Shown here: positions 38,601 through 47,666 of the stretch, piece by piece
Layout: every line of letters begins with the position of its first letter
Numbering within the stretch: the first letter of the stretch is position 1
IMG/VR virus record: IMGVR_UViG_3300017917_001342
Span: 434,001-498,000 of that record
Reading direction: 5' to 3' (one strand)
Length of the DNA: 64,000 bases
Notes under the pieces: generated by a model
What the model saw: only the letters and a program-made list of their open reading frames with translations
Database searches by the model: none
What the model was told of the DNA's origin: nothing
Translations under genes and position numbers: made by a program

Positions 38601-39109
38601 GATGTAAATGTATCACGTGTCATCAATTCGTGTAGACTATGACACCAAACACCTGGGTTAGATGCTTTGAAATCAGTGTCATCTATTTTCAACATTGTGT
38701 TGTAGTTGAACTGTTTGATATAGGGTATTTTGACACTGATCTGTGGAATGAAATTATCATACTCGCACCATCCAGATTCTAACACTGTGTTGCAATGCGT
38801 TACATCAAAATCCAATGTTACTAGATAATCCAGCTTCAACAATGGTTTGATCATACTATCCCATTTTTGCATAGCATCGTACAAATCCACGTTGTATTTT
38901 GACATTGTTGCAGCAGGATCAAAACACTGATTTGCACCAACAAATATGTGCTTACAATCATGCTTGTTTGCATAATCTACAATAGCAATTGGACTTTGAA
39001 TATCTACCACAAACAGTGTGCGTTGACCATATGCCGGTGTGCGTTCTATTTCTGTACCAACAAAAAATACCACATTGTTTTTTACGCCGTCTGCATAATC
39101 TCGTTCCAT
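38567..39109 (-). CDS. Uncharacterised protein directly downstream of dpdA (180 aa)
   Basis: FFVGTEIERTPAYGQRTLFVV...KIDDTDFKASNPGVWC; its start overlaps the dpdA stop (TAATG). Confidence 0.75.
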   Translation of the reverse strand: MERDYADGVKNNVVFFVGTEIERTPAYGQRTLFVVDIQSPIAIVDYANKHDCKHIFVGANQCFDPAATMSKYNVDLYDAMQKWDSMIKPLLKLDYLVTLDFDVTHCNTVLESGWCEYDNFIPQISVKIPYIKQFNYNTMLKIDDTDFKASNPGVWCHSLHELMTRDTFTSWQEYGKDQPI

Positions 39110-40767
39110 TACATATCCTCTATGTCCATACTGACATCGTTGTTGGCATCCATGCCTGTGATCTGCTGTAGCATTTTTGCATGTTTATTGATCAAATCCA
39201 TTGGACGCTCGCTAGTGAATATTTCCGGACAGAGATCTCTAAACTCTAATAGGTCTGGTGTTAGATGATGCCTAGCTTCTTCGATTGCCATGTCTTGATA
39301 TTTGTTTGCAGTTTGAATTGCATCAATGTGTACTTCCACATTGTGATTCATTGCCAACAGATAACTGAACCCATCCATGCTGCTTGGCCACTTGAGCTGA
39401 TACTTGTTGCGGTCATTGTTATAGTCTACATTACCCATATCAAACAAGCCACCATTTTCGTGACTGTGCAACAGATACTCTTTGTATTCTTTAGTCCAAC
39501 GGAACTTGTCACCTGCACGACCTTCGGGTGTTTTACTCCATTCGCCGTTTTCAATTTCTTTCTTTGTAAACTGTACTTTCTTGTATTCGAGATCATCATA
39601 GCCGCGAACACAGATATCACCAACTGTACAAGCATCGCCGATACGCGAACGATAGGGATAGCAACTTTTAATACGGTTTTCAATTAACCAGTCATTTAGA
39701 CTCTGCATACCGCCCTTGAGTTCTTTTTTATCAACAATTGGTCCACCTTTGAATCCTACACTGGTTGGACTTAGTTCGTATCCATAGTACATCTGACCTT
39801 TAGCTGTCATAACAAAAGGTGATGCAGCATCAAAGCTTACAGTAAGTTCCGGATCTACATATTTTCTCAATGCACGCTGTACAGTGGTTAATGCACAGCC
39901 TGCTTTGATCTTACCGTTACCAAGATAATGCAGCCATTCACGACCTTGTAGATAACCATCGTCGCGCATGATAATCAGTCGACGTAGATTGATGCTAAAG
40001 TTACTGGCCTGTACGTTTGAGAATGCCCAGCTTTCAAATGGCAAGTCTTTGGTTGCTTCCCACCATATATCGCCTTCTTCTTGGTTACGACCTTGAAGAA
40101 CGTTTAGGAATTTAGTAGCACCTTCTTTGCGATTCTTAATAAAGAACTCGTGATTTTCTAAACTACCACGTAGGCAGTCGCCGAAGTTTTTCAAACTTGG
40201 ATGTAGACTTGCACCAGTTACTGGATCAAGACCAAACTTAACCAGTGCATAGGTAGGCCAGTCTAGTACCATACTGTAGTCACTAGTTGCTTCTAACCAG
40301 CGCAGCAGTTTCATACGAACATCATCTTTATCATTTAGATGCTGTTCGGGTGTTTGATTTGGCTTAGGATGCCATGGGTATTTTAGCACACCTGTTGCAG
40401 CTTGGAAACCACCACTGTCACCAATCATCACAGTGCGACTTCTGTCACGCTGTTGAACTAGGCTTTCTTGTTCCCAACTCTGTTCTGGATCAAGTATTGC
40501 ATGTCCTGCCGAATACAGTGCAACAGGATAATAAAACATGCTGTTTGCAGGATCTAGAAAATCTAGATCCTTGAGTCCGTTGACCATACCTGGTGGCAAC
40601 GATTCTCTCATGTTGTAGTTTTTCATGCTGGCAATTCTAGCATAGATAGCACTGATACTAGGCAAGAAACATGCATAGTCTTTTTGCGGATCAGCAAGAT
40701 TTTTAGCAGCGGGATTTAGGTTTAATCCGTCTGTTGTGAATTGAAATCGTTTAAATGTGTTTGTCAT
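39109..40767 (-). CDS. dpdA: TGT-fold guanine transglycosylase, probable DNA 7-deazaguanine insertase (DpdA-like)
   Basis: GDSGGFQ TGT motif, VLDWP, LNVLQG, HYLG, SFDAASP; no CxCxxC zinc site seen; flanked by folE and queE. Confidence 0.72.
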   Translation of the reverse strand: MTNTFKRFQFTTDGLNLNPAAKNLADPQKDYACFLPSISAIYARIASMKNYNMRESLPPGMVNGLKDLDFLDPANSMFYYPVALYSAGHAILDPEQSWEQESLVQQRDRSRTVMIGDSGGFQAATGVLKYPWHPKPNQTPEQHLNDKDDVRMKLLRWLEATSDYSMVLDWPTYALVKFGLDPVTGASLHPSLKNFGDCLRGSLENHEFFIKNRKEGATKFLNVLQGRNQEEGDIWWEATKDLPFESWAFSNVQASNFSINLRRLIIMRDDGYLQGREWLHYLGNGKIKAGCALTTVQRALRKYVDPELTVSFDAASPFVMTAKGQMYYGYELSPTSVGFKGGPIVDKKELKGGMQSLNDWLIENRIKSCYPYRSRIGDACTVGDICVRGYDDLEYKKVQFTKKEIENGEWSKTPEGRAGDKFRWTKEYKEYLLHSHENGGLFDMGNVDYNNDRNKYQLKWPSSMDGFSYLLAMNHNVEVHIDAIQTANKYQDMAIEEARHHLTPDLLEFRDLCPEIFTSERPMDLINKHAKMLQQITGMDANNDVSMDIEDM

Positions 40768-40797
40768 GTCTAAGTATGGTCACTGGTTATTATATTG

Positions 40798-41898
40798 TCA
40801 AGCTGATTTTACTAAACTGTTTACCAATGGCGTCGCATCAGTAAACTGTGATATTTTGTTAACTTGTTCTGCAATATCCTGTTGCAATTGGTTGTCTCGA
40901 TTTAGTACAGCGTTTACGTCTGCTTTTATACGAGCAATTAGATTATCTTTATTTTTGAGGTAATTGTCAAAATTAATTGTCCATTCGCTAGGATACTTAA
41001 AACGATCATTCCACATTTCTTTATAGCTTAGCCTATCTGGTACCATTGGCACAGCACCTGCAAGCAGACCTTCGATAACACTAATGCCATAGGTCTCTTG
41101 CAAATTAGCACTGAACACTATTGCAGCAGATCCCAGTATCTCATGATATTGATCCTTTGTTAGGGTACGTTCTTGACACACTATCCATTCATACTCGGGC
41201 ATTGACTCTGCAAGGTCTTTGAAAATCACTAGTTGCTTTTCTGGTGCTAGTCTGTGTGGGAATACAATCTGTGGCTTCTTAACTGGTTGTGCATACGCAG
41301 GCATAATATCATGTAGATATTCCATTGGCCAGCCTGTTAGCTGTACGCGGCCTTGAGAATTCTCATGCCATTTGTTCCATTCTTCGATACTGCCGTTGTC
41401 ATCAAACAGTGTATTCAAAAACAGTTCGGCATGAAAATCAGTTGCAAACCAATTTACATCATAGGTGTAGAACATTGTGCCTTCTGCATTGCGAACCCAG
41501 GGTTTGTTGCCAATCAGCCTACCTAAGAAGTCTTGCGGGTCATAGCTGCCAGCATGCCACATGCCATGTATTTCAATATTTTTCCCAAGTAATTCAGCCA
41601 TGTAGCGTAGCTGAATTACAGTTGGGTTCCATGCATCTGTATACAAAAATTTGTCACCATCTTGTATTTTGCCGTCTCTGAATAGCTGTGCAATTACACT
41701 TAGTTGCGAACCTTTATAGATGTTTGTTGCACCAAAATCTAGAAATGCACCCGGTGTTGGTTGTGCCGGTACATCTTCACCTTCTATGACTGCAACGGTT
41801 TCTGCACCTGCTGCGTCTAGCAGTTTGGGAATATGATCATACCATTGTCTGGTATAGCGAGTGTCAATTGGTTCAATTGGTACTACGTATATAGTCAT
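40798..41898 (-). CDS. GT-B fold (GT4-like) glycosyltransferase
   Basis: FPHRLAPEK, SANLQETYGISVIEGLLAGAVPMVPDRLSY (ExFG...E-type signature). Confidence 0.8.
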   Translation of the reverse strand: MTIYVVPIEPIDTRYTRQWYDHIPKLLDAAGAETVAVIEGEDVPAQPTPGAFLDFGATNIYKGSQLSVIAQLFRDGKIQDGDKFLYTDAWNPTVIQLRYMAELLGKNIEIHGMWHAGSYDPQDFLGRLIGNKPWVRNAEGTMFYTYDVNWFATDFHAELFLNTLFDDNGSIEEWNKWHENSQGRVQLTGWPMEYLHDIMPAYAQPVKKPQIVFPHRLAPEKQLVIFKDLAESMPEYEWIVCQERTLTKDQYHEILGSAAIVFSANLQETYGISVIEGLLAGAVPMVPDRLSYKEMWNDRFKYPSEWTINFDNYLKNKDNLIARIKADVNAVLNRDNQLQQDIAEQVNKISQFTDATPLVNSLVKSA

Positions 41899-41899
41899 G

Positions 41900-42352
41900 T
41901 TACATTCCCCACATGTTGTCTTCGTATCGACGTATCACACGTTCGATTATATCTTGTGCATCTTTATTGGCTTTGGTAGTGTGAATAGCATTCTTCAACG
42001 ACCGTATCATATGCTTGCGCATAATTTCTTGATTTTCTATGTATCGATCCATAGATATTTTACCAATGTCATTGCTGTTAGAATGCCATTCATTGTAAAC
42101 GCGAACTAATTCATCAAAGTTGCGTTTGCTTTCTTCGTCCCACATGCTAACTGGCTCATAGGGATCGTCACAACCATTGATATAGTTGCACAATCCGCTA
42201 TCCATTAGATTAACAATACTTTCTAAGTCTTGAATACGTTTTTGTTGATCGACGATAGTGTCAATGGCTTCTTTGATCAAAAGATGTACTTTACTATCAG
42301 CCATATGCGATTCTAATCGGTTTACCAAATTAGCAAGTGTGGCGTCATTCAT
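41900..42352 (-). CDS. Hypothetical protein (150 aa)
   Basis: Start overlaps the upstream stop (TAATG). Confidence 0.65.
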   Translation of the reverse strand: MNDATLANLVNRLESHMADSKVHLLIKEAIDTIVDQQKRIQDLESIVNLMDSGLCNYINGCDDPYEPVSMWDEESKRNFDELVRVYNEWHSNSNDIGKISMDRYIENQEIMRKHMIRSLKNAIHTTKANKDAQDIIERVIRRYEDNMWGM

Positions 42353-42759
42353 TATGCTAGTCCTTTAATGTGTTCAGCACGGTCCCACTTGATTAGTGCG
42401 CCGTTTTCATTGTCTTCGCTAACTTCGATCCACACACTGCGATTTGGATAACGAGCAGAAATTTCTGCATACAAATCATCTGCAATCATCTCGCAGCTTT
42501 TGTAATCTAGATTGAGTATGTTGTCGCCATAGAGATTTTGCAGCCAACGTTTGAACTGAATAAATTCAATGTCCCTGTCGTCGTGTGTTACACTGATCCA
42601 AACTTGAAAGTGAAAAATGTGACGATGCGGATGCCCTAGAAAACTAACATCATATTTGTCACCAGTTGCAAGTTTTGGATCAGTTAATGCCGCAGGATAT
42701 CTGTGAATACCTTCCTGGGTAAACTTTACCCAGATCATTTTGCTTGTAGCATCAACCAT
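42352..42759 (-). CDS. dpdL: QueD-like T-fold protein with LxxxHRHxF motif (DpdL-like CDG decarboxylase candidate)
   Basis: LGHPHRHIF replaces the QueD CxxxHGH motif; SCEMIADDL...EVSEDNENG C-terminus; AGGAG RBS. Confidence 0.6.
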   Translation of the reverse strand: MVDATSKMIWVKFTQEGIHRYPAALTDPKLATGDKYDVSFLGHPHRHIFHFQVWISVTHDDRDIEFIQFKRWLQNLYGDNILNLDYKSCEMIADDLYAEISARYPNRSVWIEVSEDNENGALIKWDRAEHIKGLA

Positions 42760-42818
42760 TAGAAGTCTCCTATACTGTGATTCTACAGTATAGCGTCAAT
42801 ACCGCAAATCAGCTAGTA

Positions 42819-45800
42819 TCAAAGATCGATAGTAGTTCTAACGGTTTTAATAACCATAGTACCACTATTAGCAGGAGTGAATATTAATTCCACAACTCCG
42901 CCTACAATGTCTGCATCAAACTCGCCTAAGCTGCCACTGGTATAGATGTAGTTGTATTCGGTAATGTACACATCAGTACCGTCATGTATTAACATAACCT
43001 GTCCGGATTGATAAGTGCTATTGGTTTGATCTGTAATCTGTATAAAGTAGTGAGCAGTTCTGTATTCTGTTGCAGGCCATGAGTCTACTACCTGTTGGAA
43101 CGTGCTAGAACTAGTATATGAATTACCATCTAGTACCCAGGTGTTACCGCTTACAGTAGAATTGCTGTTGAGTTTTTCTACAGTAACAGTACCTCTAGAA
43201 GTCAATGCACTGACGTTAGCATGACCGGCAACAGCAATGTTACCGCCCGCATTAACATCACCGCCAAGACCTATGCCACCACCTACTACCAATGCACCTG
43301 TGGCAGTGTTTGTGCTTGCATTAGTTGAGTTAACTGTTACATTCTGTCCAAACTGACCATAGACGTTGCTTACCAATGCATTTACTGTTGCAGTACCACT
43401 ACTCTGTAGTGATGTAACTGTAAATGCAGTGCCGCTAATAGCACCATTTGATATCAAACTGCCTACTGAGAGACTGCTGTTAAAATTGGATGCACCGGTA
43501 ACACCAACACCGCCGCGTACATCCAAGTTACTGTTTGGTGTTGTAGTGTTTATACCAATACTGCCAGTGAATGCAGTATAACCACTCAGGCCACCGGTTA
43601 TATCTAGATAAGCACCTGTATCGTTATTGATACTGCCTCTAAAACTAGCAACGTTGCTTACATATAATCCAGTACCCGGTCCGTCTGCTAAGATTGCACC
43701 GCCCATAACTTCAAGTTGTGTAGCTGGATTATTAGTGCCGATACCAACACGACCTGCGAAATAGTTTACACTACCACCAGTGACAATGTTGCCACCTATA
43801 CCAATACCGCCGCCTACAACCAACGCACCGGTAGTTGTACTGATACTAGGATTGGTACTGTTAACAGTTACGTTTTGACCAAACAAACCATAGACGTTTG
43901 AAATCAATACGTCTGTTAAGGTTGTGGTGCTGCTTTGTATAGATGTAAATCCGGCATGTGTACCCGTAACTGTGCCGTTACTAGCTAGAGAACTTACACT
44001 GGCTCTACCAACTGATTGTATGTTAGTTGCTACAACATTGGTATTACTTGATAAACTGTTAACAGATGTGTGACCGATGACTTTTAATTCGTTGACAGTC
44101 AGTCTTGTTGCATTGTTGTCCCAGAATAAGTTGTCACCGTTACCTGAGAAGCTGTTTGCTGCGCCCGCAAATTGCACTGTACCTGGAATACCATAACTCA
44201 GTGTGCTGGTAGCAGATGTAGTTTGGAAACTGCCGTCTGGGAATATTATGCCGCTGGCTGTATTGGAATTACCTATATGTATATTTCCGTATACGTCCAA
44301 TGGATAATTGTAAGTTGCAGTGCCTATACCGATTGCAACATTGGCAATAATGTAAGTACCAGCAGTAATACTGGTGTTGCTAACCAACACATTGAACTGC
44401 GAACTACCGCCAACAGTTATATTGTTAGCAGTAAATCCTATATTTGCAACAACATAATTTGCTTGTAACGTGCCACTTGATTGAATATCACCGTTGCTTA
44501 CTAATCGTTGACCGGTGATAGTACCGTTTGCTTGTATAAATGTATTACTGCGTAGAGAATCACCTACGATTTTATCGTTGGCCTGTATGGCAATATTAGA
44601 ATAGAGATTCTGTGCAACAATCTGGCCGGTGGATTGTATAAAACTGTTACTGTAAATTTCGCCAGCCCACAGTGTACCATTGGCCTGTATTGTAGTATTA
44701 CTTGTTAGTTTGTTACCTAATACGTAACTATCAGCCTGAACAAAGTTATTACTATAATATCCATTGGCATATACAAAAGATGCTGCTCGTACAGTGGAAT
44801 TACTTGAAAATGTGTCAACAATTACAATACCAGTAGCATTCAAACTACCAGTTTTCATGTCAACGTTGCTGTAAATGCTGTCCCCTAAAATTACAGTAGC
44901 AGCTTGAATTGTAGAATTGCTAAAAATTCTATTTGCAGTTATATCACTGCGAGCAGAAATGCTGTCTGCATTCACATAGGTATTGGAGTCTAAATATCCA
45001 GTCTGTGTACCTAAATGTGTATAGGTATAATTTGATACAGTTTGAGAAAAATTACCTTGTGTTGCATTTAACACAGATGCTTGTACAAAGGAATTGCTGA
45101 TAATAGCATTGGCTATTATTCTGTCAGATGCATTAACTACTGGTGAAAATACTGAAATGTTACCAACTAGAACATTACCAGTAATATAGTTTAATGCTGT
45201 AATATTGTTACTAGTAACCGAATCATTTGCTGCCAACAACAATCCAGTTATTGTGTTTGTAGCAGACATGTTGGTAGCACTGATTGCAGTGTTACTCTGT
45301 ATATTATTACCTGTGATAGTACCTGCGGCGCTGACAAAACTGTTGCTTCTTATACCGTTTGATTGTATGTCGTTTACAGCTCGTATACCGTCTAGCGAAG
45401 AAATTTGACCGCCGGTGTTCAGAGAATCTCCGATACCAACACCACCTGCAACAATTAATGCACCTGTGGTAGTATTAGTACTTACAGTAGTATTGCTGAG
45501 ATATTGACTACCAAAGTGAGCTCTACCATAGACATATCCGGCTATCGCTTCAAATGGGTTATATACATTACTAGAATTTGGTTGCACATTGGTGATGTAA
45601 ATGAGATCACCTGTGCTGTTTTGCCAACCTAAGAATGCATTATTATCATCAATGACATAATAATTCATTATCATGCCACGATCATAACCATCGTTAACAG
45701 TTAATGGGTCATTGTTAATCGATTCGTTACCAACTATGATAGTTGGACCTAGTATAGAAACTACGTTACTGTTGATAATAGAACTGTTACCAGTGACGAT

Positions 45801-47597
45801 TAAGTTACCGGCAACACGCAGGTTACCAGCTATAAATGCAGCACCTCCTACGTTAAGGTTGCCGCCAATTCCCACACCGCCTGTAACAGTCAATGCACCG
45901 CTTGCTGTACCATAGCTCTGTGCAGTGTTTGTAACGTTAACGATACCGGATACATTTAAATCTGCTGTGACAACTGTGGTATTTGCAGTTATGATATTTG
46001 CACTTATTTGATTAAATGCATTGATGTTTTCAGAAGTTACGTTGAGATTTGCGTATATTTGATCGGCTATTACATCAGCAGATTGAATGGTAGTATTACT
46101 GACAATTTGTTGCGATACTATACCGGTAATTACGTTTACAGTGTTTGCAGTTATCTCAGTGTTGGTAATTACAGAATTTAACTGTGCAACACCGACAGAT
46201 TTTATAGTAGATGCTTCTACAAATCCATTACTGCGAATATCGTTGCCTATTATTAAATCTGCGGCGGTCATAGTAGACAAACTGTCAACTGCCCCGCCTA
46301 GTATTCTACCGGCAGCATAGATCACAGTATTACTTGATAGAGAATCTACATTTGCGTGAAAATGTACGGTTATTCTCTGAGTTGTGGTACTACCAGTTAC
46401 TTCTAATGTGTTAAGCGTAGTGTCACTCAACACCTGTAGATTATTTGACGTAATGGTATTATTAGTGTTTAAACTGTCTACACTAGTTAAACCAGTTGAT
46501 TGTAGATTGGTAGCAACTACATTGGTATTGCTATTCAAACTTTGAACAGTGGTAGTTCCACTATTTTGCAGCGATGTAAATGTGCCAGCAGTACCGTTTA
46601 TAGTAGTACCAACAATTGCGCCGTTGCTATTCAATGAATTTACAGTAGCAACTCCGGCGGTATTAAAATCACCGCTATACAGCGTGTTAGTAAATGTGCC
46701 GTTGACTGCGTCTACATAGGTATTGCTTGTAAATGCGTTGACAACTGCATTACCACTTACCTGCAGATTGGTAAATGTACCAGTGTTAAAATTGATTACA
46801 TTGCCACTAATAGTGGTATTGCTTACAAGTGCGTTTACTGTTGCTGTTCCGCTGCTTTGTAAACTGTTAAATGTACCATCAGTGCCATTTATACTTGTGC
46901 CATTGATTGCACCATTACTCGCAAGCGCATTTACTGTTGCAGTACCAGAAACATTTAACTGGCCAGCGTAGGCATCACTGGCAAATATACCAGTTAAACC
47001 GCTAACCGCAGTGTTGCTTGCTAACGAGTTGACAGTAGCAACACCCGCAGTGTTGAGCTCAGCACTATAGATTGCAGTATTTGATACAAAATTGTTAACG
47101 GTTGCAGTGTTTGAAACAGTTAAGTCGTTGCCGATGATATTAAGTGCAGCAGCATAACCATTTACAATTAGATTCGCACCGTTGTCTAACACAAGGTTAT
47201 TGCTGGTGTAATCCCAAAATAAGTGCGACGAATCGCCGGCAAATGCGTTGCCAACACCGGCAAACTGTATAGTACCTTGAATACCAAAGCTTGGTGTATT
47301 TTTAGTAGCAGTGCTTTGAAATGTTCCGTCTGGAAATATTATACCGCTTGAAGTTGCAGTATTGCTGATATGCACATTACCCCAAACATCTAATGGATAG
47401 ACGATTTGAGATGTGCCTATGCCAATAGCTGTAAAATTACCTTGGTTTATTATTACGTTGCCTGGTAATCCGGATGCAGTTAGCAGTTGAAGGTCGCCGC
47501 CAGAATTGACTAAGCGAGGTCCGCCTTTGCCAAAGCTCAGGTCTCCAGAAACGCCACTCTGTCTAAAATCAAAAGTTGGGTTAGTTGGTAAAGTCAT
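42819..47597 (-). CDS. Long tail fibre-like protein (1592 aa)
   Basis: N/S/T/G-rich, repeated TVNxLxSN and GALxVxGGxGIG motifs, internal duplication, globular C-terminal domain; late promoter upstream. Confidence 0.75.
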   Translation of the reverse strand: MTLPTNPTFDFRQSGVSGDLSFGKGGPRLVNSGGDLQLLTASGLPGNVIINQGNFTAIGIGTSQIVYPLDVWGNVHISNTATSSGIIFPDGTFQSTATKNTPSFGIQGTIQFAGVGNAFAGDSSHLFWDYTSNNLVLDNGANLIVNGYAAALNIIGNDLTVSNTATVNNFVSNTAIYSAELNTAGVATVNSLASNTAVSGLTGIFASDAYAGQLNVSGTATVNALASNGAINGTSINGTDGTFNSLQSSGTATVNALVSNTTISGNVINFNTGTFTNLQVSGNAVVNAFTSNTYVDAVNGTFTNTLYSGDFNTAGVATVNSLNSNGAIVGTTINGTAGTFTSLQNSGTTTVQSLNSNTNVVATNLQSTGLTSVDSLNTNNTITSNNLQVLSDTTLNTLEVTGSTTTQRITVHFHANVDSLSSNTVIYAAGRILGGAVDSLSTMTAADLIIGNDIRSNGFVEASTIKSVGVAQLNSVITNTEITANTVNVITGIVSQQIVSNTTIQSADVIADQIYANLNVTSENINAFNQISANIITANTTVVTADLNVSGIVNVTNTAQSYGTASGALTVTGGVGIGGNLNVGGAAFIAGNLRVAGNLIVTGNSSIINSNVVSILGPTIIVGNESINNDPLTVNDGYDRGMIMNYYVIDDNNAFLGWQNSTGDLIYITNVQPNSSNVYNPFEAIAGYVYGRAHFGSQYLSNTTVSTNTTTGALIVAGGVGIGDSLNTGGQISSLDGIRAVNDIQSNGIRSNSFVSAAGTITGNNIQSNTAISATNMSATNTITGLLLAANDSVTSNNITALNYITGNVLVGNISVFSPVVNASDRIIANAIISNSFVQASVLNATQGNFSQTVSNYTYTHLGTQTGYLDSNTYVNADSISARSDITANRIFSNSTIQAATVILGDSIYSNVDMKTGSLNATGIVIVDTFSSNSTVRAASFVYANGYYSNNFVQADSYVLGNKLTSNTTIQANGTLWAGEIYSNSFIQSTGQIVAQNLYSNIAIQANDKIVGDSLRSNTFIQANGTITGQRLVSNGDIQSSGTLQANYVVANIGFTANNITVGGSSQFNVLVSNTSITAGTYIIANVAIGIGTATYNYPLDVYGNIHIGNSNTASGIIFPDGSFQTTSATSTLSYGIPGTVQFAGAANSFSGNGDNLFWDNNATRLTVNELKVIGHTSVNSLSSNTNVVATNIQSVGRASVSSLASNGTVTGTHAGFTSIQSSTTTLTDVLISNVYGLFGQNVTVNSTNPSISTTTGALVVGGGIGIGGNIVTGGSVNYFAGRVGIGTNNPATQLEVMGGAILADGPGTGLYVSNVASFRGSINNDTGAYLDITGGLSGYTAFTGSIGINTTTPNSNLDVRGGVGVTGASNFNSSLSVGSLISNGAISGTAFTVTSLQSSGTATVNALVSNVYGQFGQNVTVNSTNASTNTATGALVVGGGIGLGGDVNAGGNIAVAGHANVSALTSRGTVTVEKLNSNSTVSGNTWVLDGNSYTSSSTFQQVVDSWPATEYRTAHYFIQITDQTNSTYQSGQVMLIHDGTDVYITEYNYIYTSGSLGEFDADIVGGVVELIFTPANSGTMVIKTVRTTIDL

Positions 47598-47630
47598 TAT
47601 GTTTCCGGCCGGTGTAAATACCTACGACGA

Positions 47631-47636
47631 TATTTA
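47631..47636 (-). promoter_or_regulatory. Late promoter core TAAATA forming one arm of an inverted repeat (47615-47636)
   Basis: Minus strand reads TAAATATC-GTCGTA-GGTATTTA, upstream of the tail fibre ATG at 47597. Confidence 0.55.
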
Positions 47637-47666
47637 GTTGAACCTGTTTTTGTAAAACCGGGTTGG

